Positions 13,202 through 24,500 of a DNA stretch of 64,000 bases are shown here, in pieces. The position numbers were made by a program, and so were the translations under genes. The DNA comes from Mizuhopecten yessoensis (taxonomy: Eukaryota). Each line of letters begins with the position of its first letter. Position 1 is the first letter of the stretch. The notes beneath the pieces were generated by a model, which saw nothing but the letters and a program-made list of their open reading frames with translations, made no database searches and was not told where the DNA came from. The stretch covers positions 1,024,880-1,088,879 of the forward strand of contig NW_018406268.1 of NCBI RefSeq assembly GCF_002113885.1, read 5' to 3'.

Positions 13202-13393
13202 TATTCCGTCTTTGCGTATAGCAGAGTTATCTTCTCTTGTGAGCAGGTATTGATTGTTACGTCATTGGTTTGTGTGAGAAAATTAGGTTGTTTTCTCAAA
13301 AATTGATGACGCTCCTCTCACAAACAAATGACGAAACAATCAATCCCTGCTCACAAGAGCAGATAACTCTTAGCAATACGAAAAAAACGGTAT
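13202..13393. mobile_element. Foldback MITE, copy 2
   Basis: Near-identical to 4041-4230. Confidence 0.82.
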
Positions 13394-16300
13394 ACAAGTA
13401 CAGCAATCAAGCAGTGTTGGTGCCATTGTTATGTTTCAAGTATACTATATTACTGATGGATAAAAGGCTGCAATGCAGTAAGTACCATAAATGATTTATC
13501 AAGTTTGTGTTAAGTTATGTATTCTGTATCAGTGTAAGGTAACCTATTTATCATGCCCGTTATTTTTAACGCACAAGCCTAAAATTGTAAGCTTTGGTTT
13601 GGAAAGTGTTATGCAGGTAACACATTTCCAAAACAATATTTACCCGTTTAAGTATGGCAGTGTTAGCATTTTGTATGATTTTCGAGTAAATGTAATTGTT
13701 CCGTGAATAATACACGACGCTATTGTTGATCAAGAAGCTAACAGTTTATGGCATCAAGCATTCTGTATTCTGTATTTTGTCGCAAATATACCCCCCACCC
13801 AAGTACTCCGGTAGTCTTTGATTTTAGCAATGTTTTCACAGTTTTGGCAAGCAAATAGATCATGATTATTGTTCTCGTTACTAAATTATCATGTTGCTTA
13901 TTTATTTACCATTATTCAGAATCCCTATACCATGGGAGACTGTTGGGTTACCTCCCCTGGTACTGTTTAGTTAATTATTTGTGGTGTATTTAATTTTGCT
14001 GTTTGCAATCAAAAAGCATTGGCACCTCATTTAGTACACCAAGCAAATGTTTAAATGTGAATGATATAGATTGTATGTCTGTTACAGAAACAAAATGCAC
14101 AGATATTAAGTTTTGCATCCGATTTTTTTTCCAATCTCAATTAACAATTTTGGCAAAACTTTCTTAGTAATAATGATAGATATTTTAATCGAGCGAAAAT
14201 TTCTAAGGTAAACACAAATAATTTACACATTTAAACCTATGGTACTCTGTCAGTACACCTGTACTTAACTACTTTTTACTCCTACAGGTCACTGCATACC
14301 AAGTATTGTGAGCTGGTCTACATCATATAATGTAGAACTCACGTTTCCCTTTTATAACATGTAATTGATGTGTTGTCTTACACATGTACAAAATGGCAAA
14401 AAGTTTTGGGCTTTCCTCGACTTTGTTAATAGATTGTTTCTTTGATTTTCATGTCACTTTGACATTCAGTATTGTGACCATGCCACAAAAGTGCATGTTT
14501 AATATTTTGAGAATGAAAATATTACCTGAGGTAATTTGTTGGATACTTGCTTTGTATTAATGTCAATGCCAGTTATTGGAGATATATGGAATGATTCAAC
14601 AACAGGTTCGGAGAAATGTTGATTATTTTTATTTTTTTCACATTTGGTATTACACATTTTGTATACCTGATATGTAGAAAACACCAGAGAATTGGACCAG
14701 TAATAGTCATTCGTCAACTCTGTGATATTTGAAACCTATTGTAGTCTTCGAGTAATTTTCTTTTGATAAAAGCAAAAATAAGACATAATGATGCTTTCTA
14801 TTTGATGATGAGTTTATTACTAAATCAAGCCATTTAACATATTATTGTTTTTGTTACTTTTTTAATCTGTAAATTTGGAATCTGCCATTGAACTAAATTT
14901 AAAAAACAGATTGCTAATCATTTCCATGATAATTCTGTACATTTTTTAGCTTCATAATAATTTGCAGTTTATAGAAATGTACATTGTCACAACGGCAAGG
15001 TATGTATTTTTCAATATAAGATGTCAGGTAAACACTGCCTGAAAGATTCTCATATCAAAAGCATAATGACGATAGAAAGAATGATCATTATGATTGTATA
15101 AGAAAATCTCTGTTATAAACTGTAAGGTAGCAGCCTCTAGGTATACTGAAGCTGTTGAATTTATAATGTTTATGGTATTTTCCAGTACCAGGTTGTGATT
15201 GGCTTTATTAAAGTGCTCTCAGCTGTTTAATTCAAGATATTGTAAATACAAAATTCAATTATTGTGTTCATTTTTTTTTTTTTTTTTTTAGAATTCACTT
15301 ATCCAGCATTTAATCTATACAGTTTGATTAAGAATGATGTATGTTATAAATGTTATTTTCTTAACAATCGCTTGTCAAATATTTGCTTTATTTTTTCATA
15401 AATCGTAAATATATATTGACTAATCCAATTACAATTTTAATTGGCAGTATCACCCTCCGACAAAGACTGGATATTAAGTGTATTATACTGAACTTCTCAC
15501 TTATATTAAGTTACCTGTAGGGATCACTACAGGTATAGTAAAGTTTCATAATAGTATACACTACTATCTGTTTGGTCACATTAACTAACACAAATGTTGT
15601 TGAATTTATGAAAGATTTGCTGTAAATCATGTTTAAAACAAACCCAGTAGATCTCAGAAATTATTGCTAAAACATTGCTTGGATCTTGTTATTAATTTTG
15701 CAGGTTGGATTTTTTGCGGAAAAATGTTAACGTGAAAAATTTGAACGCTGCAAAATAAATGTTTTCAGTAGTTTGCACTGTAAGTAAATACATTTTGTTA
15801 CAAGTCCATAAGACAATTCCTTGCTAACGGGCACAAAAAATTCCTTGTTTTAAAGGCTTTGGATTTTCATATCTACCATGTTTGGAGGTGACCAGAATAC
15901 AGATACGATATACATAATACCAAGAAGGATGTTGCATTCAGTTCCCGACTAATTCTGCAGTTTACAGTGGGTGTGGTAATGATCTTTGGCCGATGCACAT
16001 GTCTTTACCTCCCGTAGCCAAGTAGTGTAGGTTCTGCTAGAACCCTTGTGTGATTTAAGTGTATAACACTTGACAGGCACCATATGCTCATAATTTATCT
16101 CTGCTGGTGTATTTCAATACCATTATGTATAGTAATTTCAAACTATTGTAGAAAGAAAATTGTAAAAATATTCCCTTTTTTTTAAATGAATTTGTACATA
16201 CTATTATAATTTCGGGAGAAATGCCCAATTATTTATTCTGTTTAAGAAGTACATTCTCAGAAGGCTGTTGATGTTGCTTTTGGACAAATTTACCTTTTGG

Positions 16301-18150
16301 ACTTGTTACAGCTTAGCTAGATACTTGATTAATATTGAAACAGAAGACGTTTCACAGAAACGTAGCAGAACTAATCTGCGGTGGCCGAGATGTTGTTAAT
16401 CCTAGTTAAAGTGCTATATATGATGGATCCTCAATGCCTGTTATTTACTCCTGTAGATGTCGGTGTGTGATCATCACTTCAGTGTACTAAACAAACACTA
16501 CTGGGAGATGTCCCAGCTACGTCACAAATCACACTGCAGGTACTCGTGAAAATGTGTATATATGCCGATAATACTGTATTAATGTAAACCTATCGTCAAT
16601 AAACATTATCAAAGGTTTATATTTTCTCTGTCCATTCTTTATTTTACTCCAATCTACATGAACTTGCAAGCTTAAATGACCCACACGTATCAAATACAGT
16701 TTGAGGCTGCCTGTAATTGCCTAGCTCAAATTAAACTACCAAAGGAAGAGATTGGCGAGGGCTGTACGTGGCTCCCTAACCAACCTTATACAGTACTATA
16801 AGGTACTGAATTATTAAACATAATCATTATTACCCACTCCTCCGACTTCCTGCAGTGTTAGTGTTATTTAGACAAAATGTCTAGACATTATTCTGACAGC
16901 TGACTTGACTGACTTTCCACTTTTAGACTTGGTGAGTCATATTCAAGTCAATATGCTGTTCATTTGCAGTCTTTACTTGACAAAGGAAACATGTTTTTGA
17001 AAGCTCTCAAAATAAACCTTCAATTGCTGTTTTGTGTTCAAACACATTCACATGATACTACCTGAAACTAATATATTTAGCATCAAGTATTGCATCAAAC
17101 ATAGATATACAGAGAATATGTAACTATGAGAAATGGAATGAAGTTTGAGTAGTGTTCATGTCAAGTAACTCGCAAGGAAACGAGTAAATCGGCTAATTGA
17201 CAACTACAGAAGAATGTGTTTACACAGCCCCAATGAAAGGTGGACAGTTTAGGAGTAATAACCAAAACACATTTTTTCTTTTACTTCTTTATTAAATCAC
17301 ATTTTAATAACTCTTTTATTACCTGGTAATGATTTTTTGTTTCCGATTTGGCATTCCTCATTACTTTCTTAAAGTTTACAAGAATATTTCCTAAAATAAA
17401 ATGTCTCAAGTCCTACAAGTTCTAAGAATACATGTGTCGGTGCACATTTGTGTCCGAGTCTACAAGTAAAGGCGATCCTGTCGGAACACCAACACGACGG
17501 TATTGATAATTTCTGTAACATAAATCCATTTACAATGACACATTTCAACACTTTTATATCACAGAAGAAGCAATGCATAATTAGCAATGACATATTACAC
17601 ACAACTTTCATGAAATAATGGGGTAACTATAAATAGGTCTAGATTAAAATGTCCGTACTTTCTAAAGCAAGTTTCTAATAGTGCTGAGGTAAAAAGGTTT
17701 TGTTATATTTCTTTTCATCTTATTACGAATACATTTTACTAAATCCTGTGTACAGTATACCTCAAATAGATTGTACATTTTACATATATTTCTAATACCC
17801 TTAATACAATGCAATGCCCAATATGGATTATTTCCTCTACAGCAGCATAAAACAAATTGAAAAGTGACTAACCACAAAAAACCCAGATATCTGGTTTTAA
17901 TAATAATATTTTTTTGGGATACAATTTACTACTAAATCTACAAGGGAGTCAAAATAACCAAATACTTGCTATATAACTTTTCTTTGCCTGCATAATCAAG
18001 AAATGGGCAGTATATAGGTCAATCTTCAAGTTCTGTGAAAAAGAACTCTTCACAGTTAAAGCAGCAGAAATGCTTTTACCCTGTTATTGCTAATAGACCT
18101 TTTACATGTAGTAAGTGTACATGTAGAAGATACATATACCCATTTTTTAA

Positions 18151-18334
18151 GGTTTGGGTTGTTTGTGTTTTTACATCCTATTAACAGCTATGGTCATTTA
18201 AGGACGTGGCAGGTTTTGGTGATGGAGGAAAGCCAGTACCTGGCGACTGCCCCACGTAGGTCTCAAACCCGCGACCTAGCAGTGGAGGGCTAGTGGAAGC
18301 AGAATGTCAGATGCCACTTGGCCACTGCGGCGCC
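18151..18334 (-). mobile_element. tRNA-derived SINE
   Basis: Minus strand: A-box GTGGCCAAGTGG, B-box-like GGTTTGAGACC, body GGTACTGGCTTTCCTCC, tail GCTGTTAATAGGATGTAAAAACACAAACAA. Confidence 0.7.
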
Positions 18335-18488
18335 TCTTTTATGGCAAAGTATCCCCGAAAGAACTTGAAGGAAAATCTGTTACACCTACACAGACTTAAA
18401 TAACTCACTAGTATGCATACAATCATATTCCACTTCCTGTAAGACTGCTCTTTAACTGATTAAGATGATGTTAAAACTTTGTATTATC

Positions 18489-18733
18489 AAAAAGAGGCCC
18501 AAGAAGCCTGTCTCGCTCACCTATTCTTCAATGTTTTAGGGTCATGGTTCTAAGGTCAAACTTTCTTTTGAATAATGATATTGTATGAATTCCAAATGAA
18601 AGTTGATCACAAGTTGATAACATCACATCTTAAAAATATAGCAATTGGTCTAGGCTATGAATGATAGGGCTGGCCAGTTGAAAAATTCACATTTTCAAAC
18701 GGCTCAAAATTCCTTCAGACTAGGTGAGCCAAC
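18489..18733 (-). mobile_element. Short or deleted Helentron-type element, reverse orientation
   Basis: AAGAGGCCC...TCGCTCACCT (reverse complement of the family 3' end) and AGGTGAGCCAA (reverse complement of the 5' end). Confidence 0.6.
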
Positions 18734-21464
18734 ATACATGAATATGACTTGTACAATTAGTATGTACAATGAAAACACACACAATACAGAAGTTTTAACA
18801 AGGCCTTTCCTAGAAATTCATGTTTTGATTATTAATGAAAGGGTTTTATTTTGACCATCATTCAAATGGCATCCCATGGTATGGTAAAACACAATGATAA
18901 GCAGAGAATCAAAGTTCTTTACTTTAGTATACTGGTACATGTAATATGACATGATCATGATAAAAACACCCATAAATCTTCAAAAGAAATGCCAGCAATG
19001 TATTGTGGGTATGGTTAACATAATATGTCATAAAAAAATGTTTAATCTTCCCCAACAAATATTTCATGATTTACATTCAATGGCATCACAACAAAAGATA
19101 GCTGACTAGTAAAACAAATAGAGAACATATATATTCAGTGCAGCAAAATATACACTTTTCCTTACTTTAATAACTTGTCAACCTTTTGATACTATCACCG
19201 GACATAGTACATTGAAAATCTTAATACATGTTCATAAACGTTCCCAAACGAGTGGTGGTTGGTTATCATGTTTATCTAACTCAAGTTAGTCAATTTTCAA
19301 CTTGTATAAAGACACTAGATTTACCTAGTTTCTTTTATAAGCTGAAATTTACCTAATGAGAGTTTGATAAACATAATAACCGATCGAGAGTTTTGGGACC
19401 TGTTCATATTTTACATTGAAACAACATGTTTCCCTTAGAAAAAACATTTGTCAGTTTCCAATGGGGGAACCAATTGCCATGAATCACGATTCTATGATGG
19501 AAGATGACATCACGAAGCATTGTTACGTGGTGTCATAGTTAAATGATTGACCAATGAAAGGACACCCAGAGTGTCATCCTCTAGCGGGTAACTAAAAATC
19601 TTTACCACTCCAAGCAGGTTTATCTACTATATCAGGAGTGAGGCACCCTATTATATAATGGTCATGGAAGAAAATGAATTCTTAATAGCTAGTATCAAAC
19701 CTTTCAGAATGACCTGCCATTTTCACTTGGTGACCATAATGATTACAGGTGTATAATTTTAAATAACATCACCCAAACAGTTAACATGTCCGTTTAACCA
19801 TAATATTATCCAATATGTGTATGTGAAGGTAATTATATAAGACTTCAGGTTCCAGATGACAATTGTACAGGCTGTTCCTCCCTTTTACAGATTACCAAGC
19901 AATAAGCCCATGCCTGGAAATAAGCCCACCCATATCAATGGAAGTTAACTAAAGAGACTAACAAACTATTTCATTGTCCTGCAATAGGTCTGCTCTACAC
20001 TTTCAGTCAAACTTTATGTATTTCGCCCCCTGGCTTAATTGCAGGATAAATACACTATTTGTATTTTACCTGTGGTGTGAGTTAAGATGATCAGGGTTGT
20101 GCGGGTTGGAGGTTTTAGAAGTCAATCTACTGCCACGTTTATCCCTTTGTGGCACCCATCCACAAAATCTGTACCACAACAGAGATGAGCTAACCTCAGA
20201 TAATAATGGTTGATTTAATTGAAAGTTATTGTACAGGTTAAACATTAGATATAAATATATTTACAAACAACACGAAAATTGTAATTTCATTACCTTCAAA
20301 CAACAAACACTACACAATATAATTGTCAAAAAGGTTAGAACGTTTACACTTGTTTCCATTCTGATCAGTTGTATTTCCCTGTGTTTTAACCCAGTCATTG
20401 CTTTACACCTTCCATAGTACAAGGCAAAGGCCATATAAATATATCCAGGATGTAGATATACCAGAACTAATAAAAATATTTCAAGACAAAAAAAACTTTT
20501 TTTTTTAACACAACAGAATTAACTAGGCAAAACAAAGCTTGTCAATAAATGTTTGGTATTCTTTTCAGGTAAAAGTTTTGAACAAGAGTTGAAGCTGAAA
20601 GAGATACCAGTAATACTATGAGGCCAAATAAAAATAGACATAACTCTTATCTCCGTAATACAGCACAACAAACATAACACATTTCAGCCCTAGTCATAGT
20701 CAAGTCTTCTACAGTTTCTGTCAAATTTACATATAAAACGATTCAAATCTAAAAGTGGCCTGCCAGAGCAATAAAAATAAGACCTTTTCATTCAAATCAA
20801 TGTCATATTGTGCAGCAAAAAATTCCTCTGTGCATATATAGAGTGAGACTTGTTTAAAGAAGCAAAGACCAGATCAGAATTTCTGTCAACAACCTAGGGT
20901 TAAACAAGATACACAGTCTCCTATATAAAATAGTGTGATGCCATAGAAATAAGCCAGGTTACATCATGTCATCAACAGCAGAGCATGGAAAGAAATTGTA
21001 TTACTGTAAAAGAGGAAATTTTTGCAATGTGTAAATTTCCACATGTGAATATTCATTTATAGATATGAAGATTATAGGTAAAAAATAAAATATAAATTTC
21101 AGGACTGATGCTAATGCGAAATTTTCCACATCATGATCAGTTTTAAGGAGGTCAATGCCAACATTACCACATGCAAAAAATTCCCCTTTTAGAGTATTCA
21201 ATTTGGAATGGACAAGTATTCAGATTGCACAGGTGATTTATATAGAAATGAACAATGTAGAATCTAGCTGAAGGACTGGCTTAAACAGGTTTCCATATTA
21301 CACAGGGTTTGCTTAAATAGGTCCCAGAGAAATGTATCGAGACCTAGAAATGTCCTACAACTAGTCAGATCATACACTCAGCACTAACAGGCATGGCGGG
21401 TCTCCTCTTACAGGGTACATGGATCCCTGTCGATGTTAATTAATTTTTGTGATTTTCAGCACTC

Positions 21465-21527
21465 TCATTTTCTCAAATCTGCCATTTCTACTCTCATCTC
21501 ATCCAGCATCTTCACATTACAACAAGT
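21465..21527 (-). CDS. STAMBP: STAMBP terminal coding exon
   Basis: ttttccag|[20 protein letters not shown]; conserved DLR end. Confidence 0.92.
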   Translation of the reverse strand, partial: TCCNVKMLDEMRVEMADLRK

Positions 21528-24500
21528 CTGGAAAAGAAAAGAACAAATTGTTTACAAACTTGTTAAAACAATAGAGCCGAGTCTCATACACAGATACAGT
21601 TTATATAATAATTAGTTTTCCTCATCTCAGTGAGAAGATGAAAACTATTTATTATATAAACTGTATCTGTGTAACATAAAACCTGTTTCACTCGCTTTTC
21701 TTGTCTGAAACATAACACTTGACCACTCTTGACACCACTTATTTATAGTATCTGTTTTTAACCAATTTCAACCAAGCCGTCCCCTTGAAAATGAGTCCAG
21801 GCCGCGGGATCATGAAGCAACCTGGACTTAAGGTAGAGAGCTCGAATCTCACCACTTTTCTATTGCACACATATCTTGAAAAAAAATCCTGTTCAATTCA
21901 AGTGATTACTTGTATATCTACAAAAATAATAACAGGTTGCAGGCCTTTTTAGGAAGTTCTAAATTTAAAAATAATCCCAGTTGTTGTCCAGTTTACTTTG
22001 GTCATGTTCCAAGTTTTGTAAGGAAAGCAATAAGGTGGACAATCTGACTTGTCAAATTCAAGTTTGAGACCTGATCAGCTGTAGTTACAAGTCATTTACG
22101 CGAATTTTCAAAACAGTTTTTGAGAAATACCAGAAAATTTTAACAAACGTTTATGAATTTCTTTTCTTCAGATGATAATTTTGAAAATTCCTATACATGT
22201 AGTTTTTTCAGCAGTTTTATTTTTTTTATTTCAATACTTGATAGATCTGCATTGTCATCTGGTTCAGATGATGATTCGGTGGCTTCGAAAAACTGGGACT
22301 AAGTGGTAAGATCTGGAATGTCACTTACCTCAAATAAAGGAGGCGTTTTTTTATGATCATGGAATCCACGCTCCCTACAACTACCAATGTCGGGCATCCC
22401 TCTCTCCTGGGTCAGGGTAAATATCCCAGTCCTGTAGAACAAGTATTACACCTCAAATCATACGGATCAGTCTTTTAACAACAATACACAATTTTCCTGT
22501 TTAACCCTTTCACCCCTATGTAACTGTAGTAGACTCTCCCATGCATTGATGTGGATGAGTCCATTACAGTGGTGAAAGGGTTAAGGATCATTTGCTGTAT
22601 TCGCATCAAACACTCATTTACACATTTGCAAGTTGATTTCAGAGCAGAAAAAAATCAGTACATTATATTTACTGTTTATCTTCTAGAATTACAACGAAAA
22701 AAGTTCCTTTTTACCAGCATTCACAGTTATTATTTTTTAAATTTCTTTCTCAACAGAAGTAAACAAGCAGGAAAAAAATCAACATGCTGCATGATGATTA
22801 TTTCTATCATGATACTATCATTATTATAATGGTAGTTAATTCCTGTTAAACTCACAAGTTGTCACAAAAATAACCCTGTTCTAAATAAGCTGACAAAAAG
22901 TTGACGAAATGATTCAATAAAGTATTTCATATGTAAGTATTTTTATTTTTTATTTTCATATTGCAGGTGAAAATCTTTTCAGCTAATAAACATACTCATT
23001 ATACTTGGGTGCACAAACGATGGCTATGGCCTCGGGCAGCATGGCTTGGTAACCATACTGGTTGTGCATATCCACACTAGACAGAAAGGCTGTCTGTGAC
23101 GGATGAGTCTGCAACGAAAATCAGACATTACCACATCAACATTTTATAATCAAACTTAAAGTTCCAGGTTCTACATCTGATGCATCAATGCTTTATAGGC
23201 AAAAAGATGTATTTTTTTAATAATTTCTTCATTCTTTTAATTTCATTTACAAATATTTGATCAGATAAATATGCATCTATTGTATAGAGTTCTAGTACAC
23301 TTGACTAATTCGATTGATATGTTGCTTTCCCTACAAAGTATGAAAGCAGTTTCTTTTTGAAATTCCCAAATATAAAACTTAAAGATATGGAACAACCTAG
23401 TCTTGCACAAAAGGTCTTAAATACACACATGTATGTCTCTTAATTCCTGGGTCCCTATGGTCTTAATTGATAGAAAGCTCTCCAACATCAAATTCATATA
23501 ATAGCCTTTTTATGCCGAGAAACATTACAGATTTTTATAAGTATATGATTTCCCCAGGTCCTCTAAACAGTTATTCTCTTTACAGGTATTCTCCAGGCCT
23601 TGTGATCAGGCTTTTCTCTATATAGGGTTTTCCCGTGTCCTATAATAGGGTTTTCCTGTGTCCTTTAATAGAGTTTTTCTCTATATAGGGTTTCCCCGTG
23701 TCCTATAATAGGGTTTTTCTCTACAAAAGATTTACTGCTGGGCTGTTAGACCAGTTATTTCTCATGCAGGACGCCCTAGGCCTTATGGCTGAGTATTCTT
23801 TATTCAGGGTGTCCCTTGGTCTTGTGACCAGGATTTTCTCTATACAAGATTTACCCCAGGTCGTTTGACCTTTTATTTCTCTACACAGCGTTTCCCCTGG
23901 TCTCACGACTGGGTATTCTTTACACATGATTTCCCCTGGTCTTATGACCAGGTATTCCTCTATACAGATTTACCCCTGGCCGTTTAACCTGTATTCTTGG
24001 TCTTTTGAGGTAACCTTCATTCATGATTTGCCCTGGTCTTGTGACCAGTTTTTTTCTCTATTACTGACATGAATCCAGCCCAGGGTGATGAGGTCACGAG
24101 GGTCCTGGTACATCAGAATATCTTCCTCTTCCTCAGCCACACAGGAGTCAGACGTCCCCGCCTGCTTAGGGATCAGCACATGTGATATGTAGAATGCACT
24201 CTTGGACTGTAAAGTTGAACAGAATCCATATTCATAAACTTTCTTACTGCATCAAGAAACTCTTACAATGAACAATCATTTGATTAAATGATAAAACAAA
24301 TATTGTTTTTTCTAAAATATGAATTAATATTTGCATTCCGATTGTGTTGTGAATATCATTAAACATTACACATGTGATGTATTTATGTCAACCTTATGAC
24401 CTTGTCTATCTGTCTATCAATGAATAAATTATGCTTATAGTGAACCATTTTTAATTTGGACTCCAAAAAAACCTGATATATATTTTATCAAAAGAATCCA

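Noticed and set aside
21800-22365. Apparent inverted copy of the STAMBP exon 8 donor region at ~21805-21857
   Set aside because: Similarity is weak and better explained as the end of the GGCCC..GATCATGAA MITE family seen at 47494.
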